Shown here piece by piece: positions 19,114 through 29,785 of a DNA stretch of 64,000 nt. The stretch covers positions 224,001-288,000 of the forward strand of contig CAVTRY010000016.1 of NCBI GenBank assembly GCA_963737265.1, given 5' to 3'. Source of the stretch: an uncultured delta proteobacterium (GTDB lineage Bacteria; Myxococcota_A; Polyangia; Fen-1088). Position numbers and translations under genes: made by a program. Positions within the stretch are counted from its first letter, which is position 1, and each line of letters begins with the position of its first letter. The notes below the pieces were generated by a model. It had not been told where the DNA came from. It was given only the letters and a program-made list of their open reading frames with translations, and made no database searches.

Positions 19114-21200
19114 TGGCCGCCTCCAGCTTTGCTGTCCGGGCCGCTGGACGCCGCCGGCGGTTTGCCGTCGCCGTATTTCACGCCCGGCTTGGGCACATAG
19201 CCCGCGATGGGCTGTTGCAGCTTGCCTTTGATTTTGCCCTTCAAGGTTTCGACCGGCACGGGCGGATCCAACTGGAAATAGAACCCGCGCGTTGGCAGGC
19301 GCATGTCGTAAACCTCGCCATCCCAGTAGAAGGTGCGACGGAAGCCGAGCGCCATCGGCCCCAGCACCTTGGCGCGATGGTGCCCAAGCACGAAGGAAAA
19401 CATGCGCACGGCCAGGTTGTTGTAGAGCCGGTGACAGCCGTGGGAAAAACGACCACGCAAAGACAGGTAGTCGAACGAGCCGTGGGTGCGAATCCCGTTG
19501 TCGAAGTAGGCGAGTTGGCTTCCGTGCCGGCGCAGCTGTTCGTGAATGCCGGCCACCAAGCCATAGGCCGAAAGGTAGCCGGGGCCGGTCTCGTCGTAGT
19601 TCACCACATGCGGATAGCCACCCGCGACCCATTTCGTCTTCACCATCGAGCCCATCGGCGACGACGTGGGCGGAAGCCACACCGGCGCGACCACGATGTG
19701 GCGCCATACCCGCGCGCCCACGTCGGAATCCTTGTAGCGGTAGTATTCCTCACCGTCCGAGGCAAGCTCCGAGCGCCAGCCGCCGATGGTGGTGCGCCAA
19801 TTGACCAGTGGCACTTTTTCCCCGCGCCACTTCACGAACAGCGTGAACGACGGGTAGCGCTCGCGCGGCTGCGATACGCGGTTGCCCTTGCTGTCGAAGG
19901 GAAAGTCGTACCAAATGTCGCCGCGATCGATCTCGGCCAGCAAATCCATGTGCGGGCCGTAATACTCGGGCAAGGCAGGAAAGCGCACGGCCGCACGCAG
20001 CGAACGAAAGTCTTTGTCGGGATGGCGGCGAAAAAAGGCCAGCGCGTCCTCGGCGGTCGACAAGCCTAGGCGCGCCAGGAGCGCGAGGGTTGCCTGGCCC
20101 ACCAAATCCGGCACTGGCACGTCGTCGCCGGCGGCATTCTTGTAGGTCGGCGGCCTGCGCTGCTCGCCTCGCTTGGGCAGAGGCATGGCATCGATGGCGC
20201 TGCCGTCCTCGATGATCCTGCCGGCGTGGGCCGCGCGTTCGGCCAGCACCCGTCGCAGGGCGAGAAAATCGTTTTGCAGCAGCGGCCGCGCCATGGCCTC
20301 GAGCGTTCCACGCGTGAGATCGGCCTGGGCGAAGACGGCATTCTTCTGCTGAAAATCCAGGGCGGCGGCGCGCATGGGACCATCGTAGGCGCCGGCGTGG
20401 TGTTTGCCTGCATCGAGTAGCCCTTCGCACATCAGGCGTTTTTCCACCTCGGCGAAGGCCGCGCGCTCGGCCTCGACGCGCAGGTGATCCTTCACGTCCT
20501 TGGCGTAGCGCTGATCCTTGCCGGCTAGCTCTTCCAACGTTGCGATGCCGGCCTTCTTCTGCGCGGCTTCCAGCCGCAGAGCGCGAAAGTGATGCTTGGC
20601 GGCTTCCTTCTTCTCGGTGCTCTTGCCCCAGGTCTCGATGCTGTCCACGGCCAGCAGCTTCGCCGCGTCCACCGCGCTTTCGCAGGTGCGTCCGGCGTCT
20701 TCGAGAAATCTTCTTCGCACCACCGACAGCGAGGGCGGAACGCCGTAAAGCTCCAAGTAATTGCGCTCGCCGGGCGGCAGCGGCTCGCCGTCTCCGTCGC
20801 TGCGGTCATTCGCCAGACCGACAAATACGGCGCGGTAGCGATTGGGCAACGGCGCACCGTCGGCGGCCTTGCCGTCTTGAAAGATGAACGGCGCGAAATC
20901 GTCGGAAAGGTCCACAATTGTCAGACCTCGGCTGCGCGCCACCGCAGCATCGACCAGGCGTTCTTTTCCGAAGGCGACTTGAATCGCGCGACGCTCGGGC
21001 GGAAGCCCCGATGAAGCTTCGGGCAAGGCATCGTCGTCGGGTTGGGAACTGACGGGAACCGCCGGGGAGGTTGCCGGACGCAAGGGCGGTTCGGCATGGT
21101 GCACGGCTTGCGGCGCGGGCGCGTCCTTGCCCCGGCACGAAATCGCGCCGCTCGCGGCGAGTAGAATTGGCAGTAGTGACTTGGTCGATTTGCGCTTCAC
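19110..21200 (-). CDS. L,D-transpeptidase (YkuD family) with a peptidoglycan-binding-like domain, lipoprotein
   Basis: IRTHGS....RGRFSHGCHRL catalytic motif; DGPMRAAALDFQ; lipobox-like AISC. Confidence 0.85.
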   Translation of the reverse strand: MKRKSTKSLLPILLAASGAISCRGKDAPAPQAVHHAEPPLRPATSPAVPVSSQPDDDALPEASSGLPPERRAIQVAFGKERLVDAAVARSRGLTIVDLSDDFAPFIFQDGKAADGAPLPNRYRAVFVGLANDRSDGDGEPLPPGERNYLELYGVPPSLSVVRRRFLEDAGRTCESAVDAAKLLAVDSIETWGKSTEKKEAAKHHFRALRLEAAQKKAGIATLEELAGKDQRYAKDVKDHLRVEAERAAFAEVEKRLMCEGLLDAGKHHAGAYDGPMRAAALDFQQKNAVFAQADLTRGTLEAMARPLLQNDFLALRRVLAERAAHAGRIIEDGSAIDAMPLPKRGEQRRPPTYKNAAGDDVPVPDLVGQATLALLARLGLSTAEDALAFFRRHPDKDFRSLRAAVRFPALPEYYGPHMDLLAEIDRGDIWYDFPFDSKGNRVSQPRERYPSFTLFVKWRGEKVPLVNWRTTIGGWRSELASDGEEYYRYKDSDVGARVWRHIVVAPVWLPPTSSPMGSMVKTKWVAGGYPHVVNYDETGPGYLSAYGLVAGIHEQLRRHGSQLAYFDNGIRTHGSFDYLSLRGRFSHGCHRLYNNLAVRMFSFVLGHHRAKVLGPMALGFRRTFYWDGEVYDMRLPTRGFYFQLDPPVPVETLKGKIKGKLQQPIAGYVPKPGVKYGDGKPPAASSGPDSKAGGGQ

Positions 21201-21647
21201 GATGTGGCGCCCGTGGATCTACTGCGGTCGCGACCTCATGGCGAGATTTGTCTGGACCGCGGAGCACAAAGGCAAAATCCCATGAACTACTGTCCATGGC
21301 GGGCGAGGGGTTTCACCCATCCCCGAGCCGGGACACCAAGAAACGCCTGGATTCGGCGGCAGTGCTGCGCGGGCTGCGAAATTGCTCCATCGGCTCAGCC
21401 CAGGTTTGGTGCCATCTGGGACAAACTCGTCGGCGAATGGTACGGGGGACCGGCCCAGCCTTGGCCAGAGTACCTTCAAGCCGTGTTCGCAGACGTGAGA
21501 CGCGAGCCAACCAAGGATGCTCTTCTCGCGATCCAGCGTGAGTGTAAACAGCGCCTGACGGTGCTACGAATCTGGGAGGTTAGTCCGTGGTCTGCGCCGG
21601 TAGCGCCGACTGCGTGCCCCGTGTAAATTGGGCTGCGGGAGTAACCC

Positions 21648-22979
21648 ATGATGAATCTGTCGCCACCGCGCGGTTTTCTCGCCGGTCTCTGCTTGCTTGA
21701 AATGTTCACGACCTCGGGCTGCGGCAGCGATACCGGCGCGCCACCGGTCTACGCGCCAAACCTCAAGCTCTTGGTGCTCTCCGACCCGCACTACTTCGAT
21801 CCCTCGCTCGGCACCTCGGGTGCGGCGTTCGAGGCCTACCTGGCAACCGACCGCAAACTCATCGCAGAGAGTGACGCCATCATGCAGGCCATGGTCGCCC
21901 AGGTGCAGGCAGAAAATCCGCAAGTCGTCCTCATCTCCGGCGATCTCACCAAAGACGGCGAGCTGCTTTCGCACCAATCTGTGGCGCGCTACCTGCACCA
22001 GATGCAGTCCGGCGGGACCAGTGTCTTCGTCGTGCCCGGCAATCACGACATCGAGAACACAGGCGCAATGAGCTATTCAGGCGATAGTCAAACCCCCGTT
22101 CCGACCATCTCGGCTTCCGACTTCGCCACCATCTACAACGATTTCGGCTACGGCAACGCCATCTCTCGCGACAGCCAATCGCTGAGCTACGTGGCCGAGT
22201 TGGTGCCCGGGCTCTGGCTTCTGGCACTCGATTCGTGCATCTACACCGATGCGCTGGGCGGCTCGCAGGTATCGGGGCGCTTTCAGGACAGCACCATGGT
22301 TTGGATCAAAGCCCAGCTCAACGAGGCACGGAAGGTCGGCATCCGAGTCATCGGCATGATGCACCACGGAGTCCTTGAGCACTTCACCGACCAAGCGCTG
22401 ATTTTTCCCGAATACCTGGTGAACGACCGCGCAACCGTGGGCAGCATGTTTTCGAATGGCGGCATGGGAGCGGTTTTCACCGGACACTTCCACGCCAATG
22501 ACATCACCCAGGGAGCGCCGAGCGGTGCCACCAAGTCCATCTACGACATCGAGACCGGCTCGACTGTCACCTATCCCTGTCCCTACCGCATCGTCAACCT
22601 CGCCAGCGACGTCCTCACCATCACCACGAAGCACGTCACCAGTATCGACTACGACCTCAACGGCGCACCGGATTTTCAGACCTACGCGCACGACAGCCTG
22701 CGCGTTGGACTGGAAGGGCTCATTACCGGCCTCATCGAGCAGCCGCCCTATTCGCTTTCTGCCAGCGATGCCGCGGCGTTGGCACCCTGGCTCGGCGACG
22801 GCCTGGTGGTTCACTACGCTGGCGACGAGGTCATGCCCGCCGATGTCCTGGCCGAGAGCCAGACGCTGCTCGCCGCGACCGACTTCGTTCATCAACTTTC
22901 GGGGGCGATGCTACAAAGCATCTACACCGACTTGCCGCCGCCCGATAACAACGTGACCTTAGATCTGTCTGCGCGGTGA
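21648..22979 (+). CDS. Calcineurin-like metallophosphoesterase, lipoprotein
   Basis: SDPH, ISGDLTKDG, PGNHD, MHHG, TGHFH motifs. Confidence 0.9.
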   Translation: MMNLSPPRGFLAGLCLLEMFTTSGCGSDTGAPPVYAPNLKLLVLSDPHYFDPSLGTSGAAFEAYLATDRKLIAESDAIMQAMVAQVQAENPQVVLISGDLTKDGELLSHQSVARYLHQMQSGGTSVFVVPGNHDIENTGAMSYSGDSQTPVPTISASDFATIYNDFGYGNAISRDSQSLSYVAELVPGLWLLALDSCIYTDALGGSQVSGRFQDSTMVWIKAQLNEARKVGIRVIGMMHHGVLEHFTDQALIFPEYLVNDRATVGSMFSNGGMGAVFTGHFHANDITQGAPSGATKSIYDIETGSTVTYPCPYRIVNLASDVLTITTKHVTSIDYDLNGAPDFQTYAHDSLRVGLEGLITGLIEQPPYSLSASDAAALAPWLGDGLVVHYAGDEVMPADVLAESQTLLAATDFVHQLSGAMLQSIYTDLPPPDNNVTLDLSAR

Positions 22980-23259
22980 ACAGACAGAGGCCCATTGTTT
23001 GGGTGAGGTGAACCATGATAGTCTGAGGCTTTGGCGATGCTCCGCGACGAGTGTGTCGACAGTCCGTGCCAGTGCCCGCCCTACTGGCAGGCTCGCCATC
23101 TGCGCCACAGGCCCCAGGCGCAGACCGAACTGTTCGACGTTTAAGCCGTCCCCGGCCGGCCCCAGCCTCATGCCAGCCGGCCCAGCCTCATGCCGCACGC
23201 TCAGGCGGGTAGGCCAGGCGCCCGTCTGCCCAGGCGTCCCAATTGTGGGTAGGTTACCG

Positions 23260-23592
23260 ATAGAGAAGCTGATTCCGTTGATTCCCCGCCCTCGCTGCCA
23301 TCTTGTCCGATACCACGGCATCCTCGGTCCAGCGGCCAAGGATCGCCCCAAGGTGGTGCCGACCCCGCCTGCGCCGCCCGCTCCAGGTGCGGCGAGCGCC
23401 GAAGCGGCAGGCGCCGACAAGGTGGGCGAAGGCGAGTCGCGCGAGATCGATCTCAACAAGCTACCAAGAGTCAGCCGACTACCTTGGGCCCTTCTTCTCA
23501 AACGCGTGTTCCTGACAGACGCGCTGAAATGCTCGAAGTGCCAAGGCCGCATGAAGATCCTGGCTGCGATCACACAGCCAGAAGCGATACGC
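23260..23592 (+). pseudogene. IS91/ISCR-family (Y2 HUH) transposase C-terminal fragment
   Basis: LIPRPR.HLVRYHGIL.P; WA.LLKRVF..DALKC..C.GRMKILAAIT. Confidence 0.8.
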
Positions 23593-23609
23593 GGCACTGG
23601 TTTCACCTG

Positions 23610-24338
23610 TCAGTCGCCCTGTGTGAGATCGATTTCCTTGCCGGCGTCGAAGGAGGCGTAGCCGATGGGAACGGATGGCAGCGCCGCATCGTCGCCGGAC
23701 GGGGGAATGCTCTCGACCCGATCGACGGCGAAGCGTTCGATCCACTCGCCCTTGGGGCCTTGCGTGCGGATAGCGAGAGGCGCACCCCATTGGGCGGACC
23801 AGCAGATGCGCGCGTGATCGGTCATATTCTTGTCGCCGCTGACGAGAAGCCGCCACGAACAGTCCATTCGATTTTGCCGATCCTGTCGTGCACCTCGCTC
23901 GTTTTTCAGGGGCGCAATCGCTCGCACCACGAACTCGGACTTGGGTCGGTCGAGAACGTGGGCCAAGCCGAACCAATCCGAAAACACGCCAATGCGGTAA
24001 AGCTGGTTGCGCTTGACGTCCAGCGAGAGTCGCCTGCGATGATCGATCAAACGATAGGCGTAATCGCCGCGCGTTCCCGCCTGGCTCAGGTAGAGATCCA
24101 GGACTCCGTCGGTGCGCCGGTGCAGAAACTCGGTACCGTGTCGCCAGAGTTGCAGCCGATGGGACGCACCGTCGCTGCCCAAATAGTGAGCTTCGAGGTA
24201 CACATGCTTGGCGGCGGATTCGACCGGAAACGCAGCTTCCCAGTCGAGCGCGGCCTGGCTGGCGAATGCGGAAGCGCAACAAACACCGGCGACGGCACAG
24301 GCGACCAGCGAGCACCAGCGCCGTTTCGGTCGTGTCAT
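23610..24338 (-). CDS. Secreted hypothetical protein
   Basis: Signal peptide; 4-bp overlap with the upstream phosphodiesterase gene. Confidence 0.7.
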   Translation of the reverse strand: MTRPKRRWCSLVACAVAGVCCASAFASQAALDWEAAFPVESAAKHVYLEAHYLGSDGASHRLQLWRHGTEFLHRRTDGVLDLYLSQAGTRGDYAYRLIDHRRRLSLDVKRNQLYRIGVFSDWFGLAHVLDRPKSEFVVRAIAPLKNERGARQDRQNRMDCSWRLLVSGDKNMTDHARICWSAQWGAPLAIRTQGPKGEWIERFAVDRVESIPPSGDDAALPSVPIGYASFDAGKEIDLTQGD

Positions 24339-26692
24339 TGCCTGGTTGCCTTCGCCTTGTCGAAGTAGGTTTCGCTGGTGTTGTTGTCCATGAGCAGTAC
24401 CTTCGTCGTGAGGGTCATGGAGTACTGGGTTTCGCTCGCCGGGGAAGCACAGGCGACGTCGTCAGGATTGCAGACCATGGGCAAGGTGACTGGACCCGCT
24501 TGGCCCGTCGACGGCGTTACCGTGTAATTGACGGTTGTGCCGCGTAGAAGAGCTTCCTTGAGAACTCGGCCATCGGCCTGCGACATGCTGAGACCCAGCA
24601 GATAGGCCGCGGTCGGCGCGACATCCACGTTACCGCTCGGGTACGTGTCCGAGAACCCGGACTTGAAGTCGGGGCCGCCGGCGATCAGCGTGTTGTGCAC
24701 GTCGATCGGGCTGAAGGACCCGTGCATGCCGCGGTAGTTCTGCGCGCTCTCATATTCGGTCCCTGGAACGGCCGCGTTCGACGCGGTCGCGGCAGTGTCG
24801 TTCCAATCGAAGCTGACGACGATGTCCGGCGTGGGCGGAGAATTGCGGGTCGCGCCTTCCACCTTGATGTCCTTGAGCGACATCGTCCCCGGTACCGCGC
24901 CGTAGTTGCTGCGCACGAAGATGGCGCCGTACTGTTTGCGCTCTTGCAGCGCCGTCACGATCGAGGCCACGAGGGTCCCTTGGTGGCTCGGAACGTACAG
25001 ATAGTCGGAGCCGCCGTTGGCCGCGATAATCACGGCATCCGAAGGCACCGTCGCCGGCACCAAGAACGCTCCGGTCGTGTACTTGAAATTGGCGCCCTTG
25101 CCGCACGCGGTTCCGGTCGCATCGTCCATTTGCACGGGATAGAGCGGATCGCCGGTGGTCTTGATGCCTGATATGACCGGATCCGACGTGCAGCCGACAC
25201 CGTCGTAGACATGGGCGAAACCGGCTCGTGTGAGAAGGTCCGCCGTGCGCACGTCGCCAGAGACCGAATAGCCCTGAGGATCGGCGGCGCCCACCACGCC
25301 CGCGCCGCCGTCCGGCCCGCTGGCAATGGCCCGCAGGGGGAAGAAAGCAGGATCACCCGCGACGATGCTGTGGCCGTGGTCGGAGACCACGATGACGTCG
25401 GTCGTGGCGTCCAGCCCCAGCAGCGTGATTTCAGCCTGCAGCTGCCCCAAAAGCTTGTCCTGGTCGCGCAAAGCATCCACGCAATCAGGCGACCCAGGAC
25501 CGAAGGTGTGTTCGGTACTGTCGGGATTGCGGAACCAAATCAGACTGAGGTCGGGCTGCAATCGAGGCAAAATGTAGCCGGTGTAAATCCCCATCATGTA
25601 TTCATTCTTGGCGTTGTGGGGCGAGCCTAGGGCCGAGCGCGGGTCGGAGGTCACGCCATCCGCCAGATAGACGATGTCGGCGTTGGTGGTTCCGGTCGGA
25701 TTGCCGTTGCCGGCATCCAGCGTGATGACGCCGCCGTCGTAAGGGACGTGGGTGGTGTTGGCCGGAAGCGCGAAACCGGCGCCGAGCAAGGCCGTGGCGA
25801 ACGATCGCGGGAAGGCCATGTTCTCGTCGAGAATCACACCGCCGCTTCCGTCTTCGCGATAGTCTTGCAAGTAGGCGGGGCCTGACTTGCCCACCGCCGC
25901 GGTCTTGAGGCCCGCGCGGTGTGCAGCCTGAAAGAGCGTATCGACCAGGAAGAGCGCGCTGTTGTTCTGACCCACGTAGTAGTTGTCCAAATCATGGAGG
26001 ATGGACCAGTCTTCGGTGAACACAGGCTGGCCGAAATTCACGGCGGTGCCGGTCGCGTCGTTGCCGGTCGGGCCGGGCTGGAATTCGGTATTGCCGTAGA
26101 ATCCATGTGTCCCTGGGTACGAACCGGTCGCAAAGGCCGCACCATTCATCATGGTGAAAGTGGGAAAGACCGAATGGTTGTCCGTGAAATTCACCCCGGT
26201 TTGGTCGCGCAGCTTGGCCAGGTTGGGCGTGTTCTGCGTCGTGACCGAGTCTGGACGAAGTCCGTCCCACACAAAAATGATGACCTTCTTCGTCTGCGCA
26301 ATCGAGCCATCCGTGGCGCCGTCGACGGACGGTGACGAACCATCGACTCCGCGTCCGTCGACGACAACACTGCCATCGGCGACAAGCGGCGCATCGGGTA
26401 CCTTGGCGTCCGCCGCCGGCACGTCGGATCCGGCCGCGTCCGTGGCGACGGCACCGCCCGCACTCACGGCCCCTCCTGCACCGAGCGCCCCGCCCGAGCC
26501 GACGGAGCCATCCGGACCGCCGAGACTGCCGCCTGCCCCATGGACAGCCCCATCCTGGCTGCCGCCGGTGGCACCCGATGTTCCACCCGTTCCCGGACTT
26601 CCTCCGGTGTCGGAGCCGCAAGCTGCGACGGAGAGAGTAAGGGCCACTGCAAGGAGCTTCAAGGCCGACGAACGAAGAAGAGTGATTTTCAC
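24335..26692 (-). CDS. Alkaline phosphatase superfamily nucleotide pyrophosphatase/phosphodiesterase, lipoprotein
   Basis: Lipobox VAAC, Gly-rich linker, VWDGLRPD, FPTFT, PDSTEH, VSDHGH, GMHGS. Confidence 0.85.
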   Translation of the reverse strand: MKITLLRSSALKLLAVALTLSVAACGSDTGGSPGTGGTSGATGGSQDGAVHGAGGSLGGPDGSVGSGGALGAGGAVSAGGAVATDAAGSDVPAADAKVPDAPLVADGSVVVDGRGVDGSSPSVDGATDGSIAQTKKVIIFVWDGLRPDSVTTQNTPNLAKLRDQTGVNFTDNHSVFPTFTMMNGAAFATGSYPGTHGFYGNTEFQPGPTGNDATGTAVNFGQPVFTEDWSILHDLDNYYVGQNNSALFLVDTLFQAAHRAGLKTAAVGKSGPAYLQDYREDGSGGVILDENMAFPRSFATALLGAGFALPANTTHVPYDGGVITLDAGNGNPTGTTNADIVYLADGVTSDPRSALGSPHNAKNEYMMGIYTGYILPRLQPDLSLIWFRNPDSTEHTFGPGSPDCVDALRDQDKLLGQLQAEITLLGLDATTDVIVVSDHGHSIVAGDPAFFPLRAIASGPDGGAGVVGAADPQGYSVSGDVRTADLLTRAGFAHVYDGVGCTSDPVISGIKTTGDPLYPVQMDDATGTACGKGANFKYTTGAFLVPATVPSDAVIIAANGGSDYLYVPSHQGTLVASIVTALQERKQYGAIFVRSNYGAVPGTMSLKDIKVEGATRNSPPTPDIVVSFDWNDTAATASNAAVPGTEYESAQNYRGMHGSFSPIDVHNTLIAGGPDFKSGFSDTYPSGNVDVAPTAAYLLGLSMSQADGRVLKEALLRGTTVNYTVTPSTGQAGPVTLPMVCNPDDVACASPASETQYSMTLTTKVLLMDNNTSETYFDKAKATRQ

Positions 26693-26736
26693 GCTGTACC
26701 TCCGAGTTCCTCCTTAGCAACTGCCACGACATCTGC

Positions 26737-26777
26737 TGTGACCGTCGCGTGACAATTTGGCTTACTTCTGGTTACGG
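26737..26777 (-). promoter_or_regulatory. PHO box-like tandem site
   Basis: Minus strand TTGTCAC-GCGA-CGGTCAC plus weaker upstream half-sites; 11-bp period. Confidence 0.6.
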
Positions 26778-26996
26778 AAATATCCTTGGATTGGCTTCGA
26801 CATTTTCTGAATCCTTTCGGCTCGGCCGAAATCGAAACCACGCAGCACCAAAGTCTGAGCGTGAATTGACACAAGGTTCATGGACGAATCGTCAATGATC
26901 AGGATAACTCGCATGACCACAGGTCTTCGGCACGTGAACGACGCATCGCACTACTACGATGCCAAACGACGAGCCCTGGGTCATCTCTCAAGATCT

Positions 26997-27014
26997 TTGT
27001 CACGAGAATGTCAC
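26997..27014 (+). promoter_or_regulatory. PHO box-like site
   Basis: TTGTCAC-GAGA-ATGTCAC, 11-bp direct repeat upstream of the porin-pst operon. Confidence 0.65.
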
Positions 27015-27136
27015 CGGGCTCAAGGCGATTAGGGCGAGATTGCTGCTGTCTGGTCGCTCGGCAGCCCGTTGACCTCGCTTTACGGCGACCTGTCGCATTG
27101 GCAATGCCATCGTCCGAGAACGATTGCTGCCGCGAT

Positions 27137-27181
27137 TGTTCACACAATCGTCACAGTATTCTTCTCTCGCCTGAGTATGTT
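27137..27181 (+). promoter_or_regulatory. PHO box-like site with a possible -10 element
   Basis: TGTTCAC-ACAA-TCGTCAC followed by TATGTT just before the porin start. Confidence 0.5.
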
Positions 27182-27188
27182 GCCACGC

Positions 27189-28733
27189 ATGACAAACACG
27201 ATACGCGCAGTCCTGTATCCGTCGCTTTTTGCATCATGTCTGCTGAACTCGACCTTCGCGCATGCTCAAACAGACAGCGCGACGCTTGGAGGACAGCACC
27301 AAGGAGAACCAACTGTCGGTGCCAGCCCGAGTTATCCACCCATGGAGTCGGCCGCGCCAATTCCGCCTGCCGCTCCCGCGCTTCCACCTGCGCCCACGCT
27401 CGTTGCGGCGAGCCCGGCTCAGCCCGCGCCTCCGAGCCCTCCGTCGGTCACGTCAAAATTCAGCGCGACTTTCTACGGATTCGTCGAATTCGATGCCATC
27501 CACGACTCGACCCAAAGTTTCAACGATCTGGCAGGAAATGCGACGATTGCGCCAAGCGGTTCTTTCGCCGCGAGCCACGACCGCATGATCTTCGGCGCGC
27601 GCAACTCGCGCCTGGGCTTCAAGCTCAAGGGGCCCGAAACCGAGACGATCAAGTCTTCGGGTATCGCCGAGATGGACTTCCTGGGCAATCAGCCGCAAGG
27701 ATCGCCCAGCCCGGCGGGTTCTCCAGCGGTGTCCGAGTCGGCCTATTTCGCCAGTCCGACCTTCCGTATCCGTCACATGGCGCTCAAGCTCGAAACGCCC
27801 TTCGTGGACATCCTGGCTGGACAGTACTGGCAGCTCTTCGGGTGGCAGTCCAATTTTCATCCAAGCAGCGTCGATATTCAGGGATTGCCGGGACAGGTCT
27901 ACTCCCGTGCGCCCCAGTTGCGACTGTCCCACACGGTGAAGACCGACATGGTGAATGTCGAAATTGCAGTCGCTGCCTCGCGTCCGCCTCAACGTGACTC
28001 GGGCCTGCCCGACGGACAGGCAGGCTTGCGCCTCATCATCAACGATTGGAAGGGCATGCGCACCGCTGGCGGAACGGGCACATCGGTCGATCCGGCTTCC
28101 ATCGGTGTGTCCGGCGTCGCTCGCAGGTTTCGCCTGCCGGAGTACGCCAATGCGCCCGTCCAGACCCAGACCATCAACGGCTACGGCATCTCTGTCGACG
28201 GCCTTATTCCGGTCGTTCCCGCTACCGCCAGCAATTGGGACAATGCTTTAACGCTGACAGGTTCCTTCGCGCGTGGTCAGGCCATCGCAGATTTGTTCAC
28301 GGGGCTGACGGGCGGAGTAGGCCTCAACCCACTTCCAGCGGACTCAACTGGGAAGGCATCAAGCTTCGCCATGGACATCGACAATGGTCTCGTGATCTTC
28401 GATGCCAACGGTCAGATGCACGCCATTCGCTGGCAAGCGGTACTGGTCGGATTGCAGTACTACTTCCCCACCAGCCCGTTTCGCATGTGGGTTGCCGCGA
28501 ACTATTCACATATGAGCTCAAGCGATATCCAGAACATCGTCGTCGGCACGAGCGGGTCCAATGTCAACGGCAAGATCTTCAACAAGTCCGATTTCGCCGA
28601 CGGCAATCTCTTCGTCGACGCCACCCAATCCATTCGCTTCGGTCTGGAGTACGCGTGGTTCCGGCAGACTTACCTCAACGGTGTCAAGGGGACCAACCAC
28701 CGCGTCCAGCTCTCAGGCTTCTATTTGTTCTAG
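27189..28733 (+). CDS. Outer-membrane porin (DcaP-like beta-barrel), likely phosphate uptake
   Basis: Signal peptide, Pro-rich linker, FYGFV..D, SRLGF, LAGQYW; C-terminal aromatic residue (YLF). Confidence 0.75.
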   Translation: MTNTIRAVLYPSLFASCLLNSTFAHAQTDSATLGGQHQGEPTVGASPSYPPMESAAPIPPAAPALPPAPTLVAASPAQPAPPSPPSVTSKFSATFYGFVEFDAIHDSTQSFNDLAGNATIAPSGSFAASHDRMIFGARNSRLGFKLKGPETETIKSSGIAEMDFLGNQPQGSPSPAGSPAVSESAYFASPTFRIRHMALKLETPFVDILAGQYWQLFGWQSNFHPSSVDIQGLPGQVYSRAPQLRLSHTVKTDMVNVEIAVAASRPPQRDSGLPDGQAGLRLIINDWKGMRTAGGTGTSVDPASIGVSGVARRFRLPEYANAPVQTQTINGYGISVDGLIPVVPATASNWDNALTLTGSFARGQAIADLFTGLTGGVGLNPLPADSTGKASSFAMDIDNGLVIFDANGQMHAIRWQAVLVGLQYYFPTSPFRMWVAANYSHMSSSDIQNIVVGTSGSNVNGKIFNKSDFADGNLFVDATQSIRFGLEYAWFRQTYLNGVKGTNHRVQLSGFYLF

Positions 28734-28756
28734 TCGAACCTCGAAAGGAGACAGTG

Positions 28757-29785
28757 ATGAAGACTATCGGATTGCTTGCTACTGCGGCAGTAACGCTGTG
28801 GAGTGCCTCGGGCACGGCACAGACCTTGGTGAACGGCGCGGGGGCCACGTTCCCATACCCGATCTATTCGAAGTGGTTCTACCAGTACCACAAGCTTCAC
28901 CCGGACATCCAGCTCAACTACCAGTCGATTGGCTCGGGCGGCGGCATCAAGCAAGCCACCGAAGGAACCGTCGACTTCGGGGCCAGCGACGGCCCGATGA
29001 ACGACGCGCAGTTGGCTGACTTCACCAAGAAACGTGGGTGTGGCGTGCTGCACTTCCCGACCGTGCTTGGTGCGGACGTGCCAACCTATAATATTCCCGG
29101 GCTCAAGACCGAGTTAAACTTCACGCCCGCGGCCCTAGCGGGAATTTTTCTTGGCCGCATCACCAAGTGGAATGACCCGGAGCTTGTGAAGCACAATCCG
29201 GGAGTCACGCTACCCAACCAGGACATCGTCGTGGTCCACCGTTCGGATGGAAGCGGAACCACCTACGTCTGGGTCGACTACCTTGCCAAGATCAGCGCCG
29301 AGTGGAAGAGCAAGGTCGGCGTGGGTACTTCGGTCAACTGGCCGGTCGGGCTGGGAGGCAAGGGGAACGAAGGCGTCTCAGGCCAGATTCGACAGACCGA
29401 CTATTCGATCGGGTACGTGGAGTTGGTCTATGCCGTGCAGAACAAGCTCAGCCACGGGAAGGTGCAAAATCAGGCCGGAAAGTTCGTGCGGGCCGATCTT
29501 GCGTCGGTCACGGCGGCGGCGGCCGGGGCCGCGAAGGCCATGCCCGAGGATTTCCGGGTTTCGATCACCAACGCACCCGGCGCCGAGTCCTATCCTGTCT
29601 CCAGCTTCACCTGGCTGCTCATCCCTTCCAAGATTTCCGATCCGAAAAAGCGAGAGATCTTGGTGGGCTTCCTCAAGTGGATGCTGCACGACGGACAGAA
29701 GATGACGGAGGCCCTCTCCTACGCCCAGCTTCCGCAGACGGTCATCGCCAAGGAAGAAAAGGCCATCGGGCTTATTCAACCGTGA
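28757..29785 (+). CDS. pstS: Phosphate ABC transporter binding protein
   Basis: GAGATFPYP, YQSIGSGGG, DFGASD, HRSDGSGTT. Confidence 0.95.
   Translation: MKTIGLLATAAVTLWSASGTAQTLVNGAGATFPYPIYSKWFYQYHKLHPDIQLNYQSIGSGGGIKQATEGTVDFGASDGPMNDAQLADFTKKRGCGVLHFPTVLGADVPTYNIPGLKTELNFTPAALAGIFLGRITKWNDPELVKHNPGVTLPNQDIVVVHRSDGSGTTYVWVDYLAKISAEWKSKVGVGTSVNWPVGLGGKGNEGVSGQIRQTDYSIGYVELVYAVQNKLSHGKVQNQAGKFVRADLASVTAAAAGAAKAMPEDFRVSITNAPGAESYPVSSFTWLLIPSKISDPKKREILVGFLKWMLHDGQKMTEALSYAQLPQTVIAKEEKAIGLIQP

Noticed and set aside
21204-21626. 140-aa ORF at the island border
   Set aside because: No recognisable motif or RBS; possibly a gene fragment but unsupported
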